Shown one piece after another: positions 25,107-44,100 of a DNA stretch of 64,000 nucleotides; position 1 is the first letter of the stretch, and each line of letters begins with the position of its first letter. Origin of the DNA: Chrysomallon squamiferum (lineage: Eukaryota; Animalia; Mollusca); assembly GCA_012295275.1 (NCBI GenBank), contig CM022675.1, positions 3,162,001-3,226,000 of the forward strand, written 5' to 3'. Both the position numbers and the translations under genes were made by a program. The notes under the pieces were generated by a model. It was not told the origin of the DNA. It worked only from the letters and a program-made list of their open reading frames with translations, and did no database searches.

Positions 25107-26228
25107 TTATTTGTTTAAATCATCAGCGTTCGAGAGAATTACACAGTAAACATGTTCTGTTTCACGTGGCACGTTCATGTACTCATTTTGAGAACTTTGA
25201 GTCGTGTTGAGTCGCTCATAATTTGAGTCACTGATTGCACTGTTCTCAGTTTCTGTTACTGTTGTCGTAGTCACCGAGTTGTCGCCGTTGTTGAGAGCGA
25301 TGTCTGCTGACTTTTGTTGAAAACAAAAAACCTTTTTTCTGCAATAAGAAATAAACTGTCTGTGATATTTTAAACAAATATAAATTTTTAATATTCATGT
25401 TAAACTTGAATTAACATGAAATAAGCAAAATAAAACAACAATAAAAAAAAAATAATAATAATAATAAATAAATTATGAATACAAAAAATTACAGACGTAA
25501 ACAAAATTTTACTTGTTTTATAAATACTAATTGTGTTTTCAGATCCACAGTTTTCATTGGAGTTTCTTAGACAACCAGTTTTATTTTCTCTTTGAAAACT
25601 TCTACGTAAAATCTGATTCCGGTTTATCCATGCAAAACAATAACATTTCTCTATTATTAAAATAATAAATATAACACTTGCTAAAATACATATACTTTGT
25701 TACAACATTCACATCAACTGAATGTTTCCCGTTCCAAACAGTAACAGTTACAGACAATGATATAACTGTGTTCATATAAAAACAAATTCCCTTACTGCAA
25801 AACTGTAAGAACAATTCTTTTAGTCACTATAACGAGTTATCTTTTTTAGCAGTAACAAATATCTTAAAAACTGTATGAATGTTTATGTACGTACGGATAT
25901 AAGCATGTATATATGTATGAGTGTGTGTATATATGTATGTGTATATACTACGTACGTATATATTTGTCTTTCGTATGTAAATATTTATTTAATCCATGCT
26001 ACTAACCTGTAATCCCACATACATTACAACTCTGATGTTTTTTAGTTGACATTCGTATAACATCGGCTTACCTGATTATTTGATTTCATGAAACTGAATC
26101 ATTTTAATTCGTTCACTTCGCCAATGTAACCAGACAGTGGTGTGTTATCTGCTGTAAACCAAACTTGATTTGTTTAATATAATCAATCTTACAATGTAAA
26201 CAATACTTTTATAAAGAAAATATCATCT

Positions 26229-26264
<36 letters not shown>

Positions 26265-28347
26265 GACACGCATAGGGACACGCATAGGGACATATGCACA
26301 CGGATACACACAGACTCAAACACAGACATGCACACGGACACACACACATAAACACAGAGACACGTGTAGGGACAAAAGCAAACCGATAGACACAGATGCG
26401 AATACACACATATGCACTCTGATACACAAAGTCACACAGATATGCACTAGGATACATGGACACACACATATACATTATATAATTAGATGCATTTTATTTC
26501 TGATGCCTACTTTGTTAGTTGGACTTTCAATAACCATATTAATAACAAACAAAACAACAGCAACTACTATAATTATGATGATGATGATGATAATAAAAAC
26601 AAAAACAACAACAATGACAACAACAATAATAATAATAATATAATAAAATATAATAATAATGATAATGATAATGCCAATAAATATAATAATGATGATGACA
26701 ATAATGATGATGATGATCATAATGATGATGATGATAATGATGATGATAATAATAATAATAAAAACAAAGTAAAATTAATTTAAAAAGAAAAAACAACAAA
26801 CCCTCCCAAAAAAAAAAAAAAAAAAAAGAAAGAAACAAACACACACACACACATACACATGTGAATTAGATATTTTTGTTGTGACGTATTTTACACCGCG
26901 TAACTAGATGCTATCCATATATTTATAGGAGGGAGTATTCCTTTATGTTTTGTGATCATAACTGCTCAGTAAAGTTAACTAATATATGTTTACTTCACCT
27001 GTCCACGTCCATGAACTGTACTGAACTTTAGCTCCAATCCAGTAAGATCCTGTTATGATGTCACTCAGGGATGCAGTGATTCCCAACCTTTTCATCAATG
27101 CAGAGCCCTATAACATTTTTTAATATCCTGCGGTGCCCCCCCCCCTCATTTATTTTATTTTACCAGCTAAAACAAAAGAAGACAAAACTAAAGCAACAGA
27201 AGTCCAAAAACATATATTAACATAATAACATAACTTCTTACCATTAGTCAGTTAGTGTGAGACTTGGGCTTATTGTCCCTTGCACAGTTCTTCAATTCCA
27301 GGTCGTATTTTTGACAAACATACTCGAAGCTCTTCCTCGACCGACAGCAGACGATTTCTTGATTTGCTTTTAAGGTTTGTGAGACAGGAAAAGGCTTGTT
27401 CACAGAGGTACGAAGTTGAGAATTGTAATAAAATACTCAGTACTTTTGCTGCAAACAAAGGAAATTCTGCTTTTATTGAAAGCCAGAACATATCAAGTGA
27501 CACTTCATTAAATTTGAGTTTCAAGCTTCTGTCAGACTGTAATTCTGTTAGTTCTTCTTCTTCTTCTTGCAGACGGAACATATTAAGTGAATTCGATGAT
27601 AATTCATTAAAAGGATTTCTAATCCAGTCATACAGTTCTACTGACAAAGAAGCAAAGTAGTTGTCACGCCTATTTGACAATATTTCCAAATGCGCGCCAA
27701 TTACTGCTACGACCTCCATATCAGCTGTGGCACCCCGAAGGTCATATAGCAGGGGAAACATTTCAACATTTCCCCTTGAAATGTATTTTTTCCAAACTTT
27801 GAGTTTGTTCTGGAATGCAATAATTTTGTCTCTTGAAGTAAGGATGTTTTCATGTGGGCCCTGCATGCTGGTGTTCAGCGAATTCAAATGCCGAAAAATA
27901 TCTGCTAAGTAGGCTAATTTCTGTACCCACTTTGCATCTTCAAGGCAATCAGTGAAATGTACTTTTTTATTATTTTTGAAGAAGGTCAGGAGTTCCTCTC
28001 GCATTTCATATACCCTTGTTAGGATCTTTCCTCTCGATAACCATCTTACCTCAGAATGTAGAAGGAGAGTCACGTGGTCCTTGTGCATATTTTCACACAG
28101 CTTTGCAAAAATGCGGGTCTTAAGAGGGCGCTGCTTTACAAAATTAATCATGTTAACAGTTACATCTAGAACTTCTTTTAAATCTTCCCCAATAGTTTGC
28201 GAACACACAACTTCCCGGTGGATGAAATAGTGAGTTGTTATCACTGCAGTGATGTAATATCTGACGTACTGTACAGTTGTTCTCCATGTTGATGACATGT
28301 ATAAAATGCTGTATCCCATGTGACGTCATTTAATACACGCAGAGTAG
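25107..28347 (-). pseudogene. Receptor D pseudogene (short-tail type)
   Basis: The signal exon is deleted (its acceptor region is joined to the end of intron 1 at ~28395). The CTLD-N exon 28347-26999 is split by a hAT element. The WSC exons are degenerate (26151-26007 is 145 nt, frameshifted; ~25650-25513). The CTLD1-C, CTLD2, stalk and TM exons are absent. The tail exon 25338-25107 is still open. Confidence 0.85.
27074..28246 (-). mobile_element. Truncated hAT (Buster/Charlie, ZBED8/SCAND3-like) DNA transposon
   Basis: Terminal CAGTGATTCCCAACCTT at 27074; 8-bp TSD cagggatg (27066-27073) / cagtgatg (28247-28254). The transposase C-half shows HSEVRWLSRG, LAYLADIF, FSTSYLCEQAFS and a terminal AQVSH after a premature TAA. 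Confidence 0.92.
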
Positions 28348-29253
28348 CTGTAATAAAACACAATATATTTACTTACAAAACAAACTTTAAAATCAATTGT
28401 ACAATGAAGTAAAAGCATTGATCTATTTTTGTCAACACCCGTTTTCACGAAGATTAATTTTGTAAAACGATATAACAACTTCAAAAACTCTAGTAATACA
28501 CGAAAATATTTATACGCAGATGATTAATAATGAAATATTTTAATTACCGAGGTAACTAGTGCACGTTTGAAATCTTACGTTAGACTGTACATTAAAAAAA
28601 CTTTTGTGTTTAATAAACCAGGAGGTGAACATAGCGTGTTTGTTGTCCTAGAAAGAAAATAACTCAGACGTCAACTTGAAATAAACTTGCTAAACCTGTT
28701 TTCTCTGAGTTCCTTTTATTTATTTATTTTTTTTATAAATCATCTCTGTTTATTTGTCGCTCAGTTTAAATTATGAAATTTATATAAGCTTGCATTATTC
28801 CGGTTACTACTCGTGTTAAGAAAACAGAAAAAGAAAAAGAAAGAAAAAGAGATGATCTGAAGAAATGATAAAAAAAATGAAAAGAAAAAGGAACAGAAAA
28901 ATAGACAGCAGTGGCGGAATAACTGTTGTATAATATATGCCTGTGTGTTTCTGAAAATATATGCATGTGTGTGAATCACTATGTATGCGTGTGCAAATCA
29001 CTATGTGTGTGAGGGTGAGTATGTGTGTGTTTATGTAAACATGTGTATTCATACCTATACGTGTGTATACGAAAATAGATATGTGTATCTACGTTACAAA
29101 GATTTGTATATATAAAAATAGATACACAGAGAAACACATATTCGCATATAAGCATATGTCTATACATACTGAAAGAGGCGTCTAAATTTGTGAATGTGTT
29201 TTTGTACGTGCGGTACGTATGTGTAGGGGCGTATTTGTATATGAATTTATGTA

Positions 29254-29783
29254 TATATGCTGAAGAAGAAAAAAAAAAGACATTTTCGATCTGTACATAT
29301 AGTATTTGTTGTGTTTAAGAATTCATTGTGTAATGAAGTTATGTAGGTAGTATTAGCCTTGAGCTGTGTTATCATTTGTTGAGTTACATGGACGCTTTAC
29401 AAGGACACGTCCTTACGTCGGATGCGTTTTAACTGGACACACACCCAATAACCCTAACATCAACGAACTTCGTCAAGCGCTCATTCAGGACTGGAACAAT
29501 ATTCCACACTCAGAAATCAACACTCTAGTCAGTTCTATGCGCCTACAATACACTGCAGTGGTCAGTTCAAGAGGTTGTAACACCCGTTATTAAAGGTGTT
29601 TTTATTTTAATCCCTGCCACACATGGTCAAAATTTCTACCAGTTTTTCTTAGTCTATGGCCATGATTTTCAATGCATAATGGAACATTGTTTAAACACAT
29701 ATATAACAATTATTGCCCCGGTTTGTTTTCTTCGAGTTATGTTCAAGCAAAGTTAGCGGAAGTTTCTTATTTTGTTCAGTATA
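29254..29783 (+). mobile_element. Tc1/mariner relic (transposase C-terminus)
   Basis: ELRQALIQDWNNIPHSEINTLVSSM...AVVSSRGCNTRY fits the Tc1 C-terminal consensus. TA-flanked TIR-like ends occur at ...ttttgttcagtata (~29783) and tatatgctgaagaa (~29254). Confidence 0.7.
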
Positions 29784-29828
29784 TGTCTACGTAATGTATG
29801 TATATTCATGTATGTGTGTATATATGTG

Positions 29829-29865
<37 letters not shown>

Positions 29866-30471
29866 TTTTTCTATGTGTGTGTACTTATTAATTTCCAGGC
29901 AGAAAACGTTGTACAATAATTATATTAAACAAAAAGTTTATGTTAAATATTTAAATAATTTCAACCAGCCATGCCATAATTCTCATTGTCAAAATCATTA
30001 ATTTTTTTCATCACAACGTCATCGTCGTCATCGTAACATAAAATAAAAAGATTATCGTAATTATAATCATCGTCGTCATCTTCATAATAATAACTGAATT
30101 ATCGTAATTACAGTTATCATCACTGCCATCTTCATCATAAAAACGAACACAAAGCAAACAGATAGATAATCTATATTTAGCTGTTTATTTGAAGTTGATA
30201 TTTAAGTTATTATCTGTCTAGGACATAACACACACTCTGTTTGACTCACATGATGATTTGTTAATGTAAAAAGTCTAGCGTAATTTTTCAAACGAATACC
30301 AGCAACCTCGGTGTTAAAATATTTTATTATTAATCATCTACGTATAACTATTTTTGTGTATTACTAGAGTTTTTGAAGTGCTATTATCGTTTTCCAATTG
30401 TTTTCCCCTGGATAACCTGTGTTGTTAAAGATAGATAATGTTTTACTTCCTTGTACAGGTAACAGGGTGTC

Positions 30472-36533
<6,062 letters not shown>

Positions 36534-36854
36534 AAAGGTAAATATGAAATCTTTTCAAGCTTATTAATTGTTTATCTAAATTAAACTCTAAATGTTTCTA
36601 CTTCTACATGCAATACATTTTGTTTGTTTTTTGTTTGTTTATATTTATTTGTTTTCTTATTTATATGTTTGTTTATTACATTTTGTTAATTTATTTACTT
36701 GTTTATCTTCTATTGTTTTGTTTTTTTGATTATATTTGTTTGCTTCTCTATTCATTTGTTTGTTGTTTATATATTATTTGTTTGTTTATTTGTTAAATTA
36801 TTTATTTATTTCTGTTTAATTATTTTGTTTGTTTGTTGTTTTTTTCTCTTCAGA

Positions 36855-37498
36855 TCACATAAATTTTGTTTTGAGACTAAACAAGAAAGCAGCAATACTC
36901 GAGAATCAGATCTGTGAATCAGCAAAACTTGTCAGATTACGATGAGATCAAACCAGACACTGATTCACATTACGAGTTTGAAACTTTAACAGATGTTACC
37001 ATGGCAACCAAGCCTAACTCCAGTGACTACAAACTGGCAACTGATGTGAATGCAGTGAATGTTCAAACAAACAACAGCTACAACAACAACATCGATGATG
37101 ACTATAATGTCCTAAATGACAACAATGAAGTTAAATCAAGTTCTGATGTCTACAGTCAAATAAACAAAAAGATGAAGAACAAAACATTTGGGTCGCACAT
37201 CATTGACAATCAGAATAGCAACTACAACCACACTGACAGCAACGATGAAGGTGATTATGATACAGCTGAATCAAAACCAAAGTCCATGTCTGCTCATGAC
37301 AAAACATACAACCACATCGGAGACTTCATGGAAGGTGATTACGATACAACAACAGCAAAGTCAACATCTTCTCATGATGAGACGTACAACCACATCGCTG
37401 CTGTGACTGAAGATGACTACAACATCGCTGACATGGATCTGAAAAAAGCTGACTACGCCAGTGATGATTATAACCACCTTGATTCTGTGAGAGGTTGA
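36855..37498 (+). pseudogene. Long Tyr-rich tail exon of gene E, disconnected by frameshifts
   Basis: Paralog of 6007-6847. A second 1-nt deletion lies near 36900, and the remaining 194 codons are open. Confidence 0.75.
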
Positions 37499-38700
37499 TT
37501 ATGTTAATAATTCTGTGTTCTTTTGTCATTTCTTGATTTCATAGGAAGAACAAATGTTGTATAATTTGTAATATATAATTAATTACAAGGTGACATACAA
37601 TGGTTAAGAATCATAAAAATATGGAAAACTGATGTTACTACATGGACTACTCTTATTTATTATTAAGATTTATACACTCACATAGACAGGAAAACCAGAC
37701 ATAGGATACTGGCTGGAACAGGAAATGATTTGTGTGTGTTCAGCTCTGAATTGCACAAATTTAACAAAAAAAACTTTTGTATTTTACATTCCTTCTCTTG
37801 CACACACATCTGTTTTGTGTTTAATTTTAAAACACATTTTTTTATACACAGACATATCTGTTTTGTCCGTTTGTTTTTTATTGATATCAAAATATTGTTA
37901 TCGTGTAAGGGAGTGTCTTTAAAGCCTGTACGTTTTATATACTGATATTTTTATAAACACATATCATATGATTAACTTCATTTTTAAATTTTACTTTTAT
38001 ATGATACCTCTTTAATTTTTAACATACTCCTCCATTTCTCAAAATATTTTAATTCATCAGGAAAGTCAAGGCAGTTCAATGTTGACATTAAGTAATGTTA
38101 AATACCAGCAAACATGTCAAGGTCACTGGTTGGAACTGGAATTAGTAAAATAAGTCTCACAGGAGAACAGATCATGATTATACTTCATTTTCCTGGTGAT
38201 TATTTTAACTGTGGAGAGTAGAATAATTAGTAGTTTGCATTTTAATTAATTTGTGAAATATTTATCAGAAATATATCAGGTATACAGGTAAAAATGTGTA
38301 TATATTATGTACTGAGATAGATAGAAAGTAGACTGACAGATAGACAGATAGATAGATAAGGCATATCTATGTGTTTGTGTATGTGCCCATACAGGTATAC
38401 ACAGAAATATATATATAAATAAATGTGCATGTAGAGATGTGTGAATATTTGTATGTTATTATTACAAAGAAGTAATTATAAATTAAATAATTATCAAATT
38501 AAAGTCAGCTATTATTGTTATTATTATTATTACTATTATAAATATTAAGTTAATCTGATTAATCTGTGTTTTAGTATTTTCTTGAATATGATAGTAAAAC
38601 AAAATTAAAAATAAAAATAAAAATGTTAGTACAGTACATGTGTAAAAGTTTTATTTCAACTAGCAGATTGAGTATTTCACTCAGTCAAAGTTTATTTGTT

Positions 38701-41095
38701 TTAATCTTCAGCATTTGAGCGCATTACACAGTAAACATGTTCTGTTTCCCGTGGCACGTTCATGTACTCATTTTGAGAACTTTGAGTTGTGTTGAGTCGC
38801 TCATAATTTGAGTCACTGATTGCACTGTTCTCAGTTTCTGTTACTGTTGTCGTAGTGTCTGAGTTGTTGTTGTTGTTGTGAATGATTTCTGCTGACTTTT
38901 GTTGAAAGCAAAAAATATTTTTCCTGCAATAAGAAATAAACTGTGATTTAGAAACCAAAATATATATTTTTAATATTTAGTTTTAAGAAAAAACAATCAA
39001 TTAACATGAAATAAGCAAAATAAAATAACAATTAAAAAGATAATGACAATCAATAATAATAATAGAATGCTGATAATAATAATAATTAATTTTATTATAT
39101 TATTGTTATTATTAATAATGTTATTACTACTACTACTACTACTATTATTATTATTATTATTTCTTTGTTTGTTTGTTATATATATTAAATGAATTATGAA
39201 ATGAAACATTATTACATAAATATAAAGAGTTATCTCAAGTTATCAATCAAGAATGGTAACTGTATTTACCTTTTCATATAAACAAGAGCAACAATTGCAC
39301 ATGCTACTAAAAGTATAACCACAGTTACTGAAACACCAACAGCAACATCTGCAAAAATATAAATTTATAAAATGCATCAAAAATAAAATCAAGTATTATC
39401 CATTAATAACTGCTGTTTGCTAACCTCCATGTTTCCAAGGAAAAGAACATGAACACTACAGACTTTTCTGATAAACAATTTGTGATTTTTGTATTCACTG
39501 GTTATAATGAGAAATACTTCTATACAAGCTGTTTAATGAATGTGTGTGTGTGTGTGTGTGTGTGTAGAGTGTTTGTATACACAAGTATTGGTCATTTTAA
39601 CTATCTATATATATATATACATATAATGATATATAATTTTTGTTTTCAGCATGTAATACAAACATTAAATGTAACAATGATACATTCACAAAGTTAGCTG
39701 ATTTTGATGATTTTGTTTTACTTAAAACCTTTTTTGTGCTTGCAGTTGAACTTTGATCTGTAACAAAGAGGTTATATCTAATTTACATCTGAGAAAACAG
39801 ATTGTTATAATCTGAAAAATATCTACTGGGAACAAAACAGAAAATAAAATAAAAACAATAATGATAAATCAACAAACAAACAAACAAACAAATATTTTTT
39901 TTTTTTTTTTAAATAATTATAAAAATTAATTAATTAATTGCGAAACTATCATCCTTTCACTCGTCCCCCAAATTTTGTCACACAGATATTCATATTATTT
40001 ACATTTTACCTGAATTAACTGTTGTTTTGGAGGTGATCTGAACTTGAGTTGATGAAAATCTATAAAAGACGTAAAACAAAAGTTTTGAATATAAACAAGA
40101 CAAAAACGGGTTTTACTTCTAACAGTTTATTATATATATATATATGTAGTTAATGTTGTTGTTTAATAAAAAGCAACATAAACATCAAATAAATAACAGA
40201 CAAGTAATAAAACAAACAAACAAATAAATAAAAACAGATAGACAAACCAAAAAACAAACTAATAAATACACAAACAAACAAATAAATTAATACTAAACTA
40301 GCAAATAAATAAAGAAACAAGCAAACAAACAACATTATTTCAGATTCACTCACCTGTCTGAGTTGTAAATTTGTCAGTCAGAGTGGAAGTGTGGAAAGTG
40401 AAACCTGTAAAATATAAACAGTCAAGCAACATGAAAACAATTCTGACTATAAAATAACAATTATAAATCAACAATACATAAATAGCTGAGTTGGGTTAAA
40501 ATCACAAAGCAGCATCAGTCAATAAAATCACACATGTAATCCAGCCATCTCTAAAATGTCTACCAATGTGAAGTATATATATCAATGAATTATATTTATA
40601 TTATTATAGTGATAGGTGAATCTGTGTCAATTTACTTTAAAACATTTACTAATGAAGTAATAATTTGCTATGAAAAGTTAAACTGTTACAACTGATGCTT
40701 GTAAATGTCAATAATAAAAATAATACATCAAAACTAAATGTCAAATAGAAACTATTTATTTATTTTGTAAATGAAAACTCATTTTAGAATGGTCTTTTAA
40801 GATCTGAACCTGTAATTAGACTGTAAAGGAGTAACTCTGAACACTATACAAATGTTTGTTTGTGTGTAAAACAAATAATTTATTAATAGAAATATAGTTC
40901 TATCCTCGAAAAGCTGTACTCAGTTTTCTTGTTCTTTTAAGTTTTAAGCCCCCTGTACTGGACACACAATTTAACTATTTATGTCAGGTATCCAGAATTA
41001 CCCTATCAACACAGATTGTTTATATTTATTTTCCCAGACAGGATAGGCATACGAAGATTGTTTGGTCAAAGCAAATTTATTTTAAATTTGGGAGA

Positions 41096-41135
<40 letters not shown>

Positions 41136-44100
41136 TTAATATTTCTAACATGTTTAGTCTTATCTGAAAAGTAAATTTTAGCTTAATTTATTTTCAAAAT
41201 ATTTCAGAATGAATGAATGAATGGATGAAAGCATTAATAAATGATCTAAAAAAAATCTATTTTTAAATTTAATTTGTCAGTCAGAGTAAAATATTCTTAT
41301 ATTTAAAATTTCATATATGTATACACAATTTATCTTAATGAACAATGCTAATCTGATTTGAAAATAGGGTGGCAAGGAATAAACTTACATATTTCACACC
41401 CATAAATAAATAAATTTACCAGATTATGAATTAGAGTGGCAGATGAAGATGATGCCAAGTACATGAATTAAACTCCTTTGTGGGAAAAAATAAAAATAAA
41501 AATATAAAAAGAATAATACTTACTCCTAATACAAATGGCGGAGTGGATATCATTACAGTTACTGATTGAAAATGAAATTTTGCCGTCTGGAAAAATTTCC
41601 AGCAACACACAACCATTTTGTGTCATGTTTATATTCAGTGTTTCATCTGAAATTCAATGTATCTTTTTGTTTATATAACTGAGCAAATAAAAAGAAAAAT
41701 ACTTTTAAAATTCACAAGAAATTGTAAATAAGTAGGTTAGTACGTCAGTAAATAAATAAACAACCACATTTAATAACAACAACAGCAATAACAACAACAA
41801 TAATAATAATTGAAATAGAAATGTAAATCATCTAATTGAGAACATAAATAAAAATGAAGAAATGTTTTTGATTTAAGAGTTAATCAGTTTTAGAATAACT
41901 CACTGTAAAAACTGTCGAACCAAACTATTTGTCTGTCACGTTTTAGTCCGATCCAGTACTGTACTCCACCCTGAATTTTTCTTCCAATTAATTCAAAATT
42001 ATTTTTATTTAGTTTTGTTAACGAGCAAGTTGAGTTAGATGAAAACCAGCTGTGAGTCTTGTGATGATGATAACATGAAGCATTGTTGTAATTTCCAGAA
42101 CCTGTAATAAATGAATAATAATGCAATAAAAAAATTAAAACTAATGACCATTACAAATTAATAATAATAGTAAAGTAAATAAACTAAAACACAAGTATTA
42201 GAAAGAAGTATGCATTTGCCCATAAAAGTGAAACATGAATAATGATGATGATGATGATGATGATGTCTAGTACAGAAATAAAACAGTTATAAAACACACA
42301 CACATACACCTATTCTAAATGAGCTTTATAATTATAGTGAATAATGGAGAAAAGAAATTGTAACATTTCATGACTGTCTTTGTGTTCTCTTTACTATTTA
42401 CAAAGATAACAATACTCAAACAGAAATATTAACTCACAGTCACAGACAAATCCTCTCTGTGTGTTACAGTTTTTATCTGTTTTCACAAAAATATTTACAC
42501 TTTGTTCAATGTAGCCACAAACACCATCAACATCAAGTAACCACATAACATACCTGATTGTCAAATCTGTAAATAAATTAAAACAAATAAAATAAAATAA
42601 AATGAAGTAAGTAAACAAAAACTAAATATAATAAAGATAATAAATGAGACAAAATGAAATAAAATGAAATTCGAGATTGCTGACAGTATCACAGATAGAC
42701 ATGAGTATAAAAAAGTCTACATTCATGCACAAGATTTTACCTGTTTTATAAATACTCATTGTATTTTCAGTTCCACAGTTTTCTTTGAAGTTTCCCAAAC
42801 AATCAGTTTTATTTTCTGTTTGAACAAATCCATGTGAAATCTGATTCCAGCTTCTCGAGTTAAAACAGTAACATTTCTCTCTCTGTAAAAGAAACGTTTA
42901 CAATATTAAACATAACACTTGTCAAAATAAAAATATACTTTCTTACCACTTTCACATCAACAGAATTTGTTTCAGATTTCAAACAGGGTAACATTTTAAT
43001 CTCAGACAATGATATGACTGTATTCATGTAAAAGATACTTGCTGCTAGTCTGTAAGAATCATTGTTTTAGTGATTTCAACCAGGTATACTTTTTTTTTCA
43101 GGTCTTAATAAGGATTCCTAGGCTTTATATATGGATGTGTGTGTGCAATTTATGTAAGCTTAATAAATAAATCATAAAATAAATCTATGTTACTAACCTG
43201 CAATCCCACATACATTACACTTGAAGTAGTTTTGTTTTGTTGACATTCGTAGTAACATCGGCTTGCCTGGTTGTCATATTTGATTTGATAAAACTGTTCA
43301 GACTGTGATTCATTCACTTCTCCAATGTAACCAAACAGTGGTGTGTTATCTGCTGTAAAACAAACTTTATTTGTTTAATATAATCAATTTTAAAACAATT
43401 AAAATACCAGAACTAGTAACATTTATAGTATTATGTGCATTTCTTTTATGGATTTAATTATATTTATTAATAAATTCTGTCTTTCAAAAAGAATGTTCAA
43501 GATAAATATGAACTCTATAATGTTAAAAAGTACATGTTACACCTAACTAATATTCAACAAATAAAACAACAACAATGATTTGTGCTGCAGCACTAATAAT
43601 AATAAAAACAACAGCAACAATAATAATAATACAGAGATGGAAAATGAGTGTGTGAAAGATGCAAATAAGTAAGAGATATTTGGGTTAAAAAAAAAGAAAA
43701 ACAAAATTTGTTTCATAAATATAAATATCTTAATTAACTTTGTTAATACCTGATATAATGTATTTCACATTACATGACTAGATGCCTGTTTATAACACTG
43801 AGAGAGAAATACTGGTACTGTGGTCTAATAAAATATACTTTAGTTATTGTAATGGTTTTGTATTTTATACCTTATGCAACAACAATAAATATACATTGTT
43901 AAACAATACTAGGAAATATATTTATTAAATATACAAATTATCTGGTAGGTATTAAATAGTAATATAAATTTGATATAATTGAATATTCATAGTAGTCATA
44001 ATTTTTGGTCTGCTTATTTCATCAAGTTTCGTGATTGTAACTGCACAGTAAAACAAAATAATAATTTATATCACCTGTCCACATCCATGAACTGTACTGA

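Noticed and set aside
27270-28319. 349-aa ORF as a domesticated receptor-transposase fusion
   Set aside because: The first ~24 aa are an alternative frame of the receptor exon. In the receptor frame the junction reads CTG CAG TGA. The transposase lacks its N-terminal half and has CxxH changed to YxxH.
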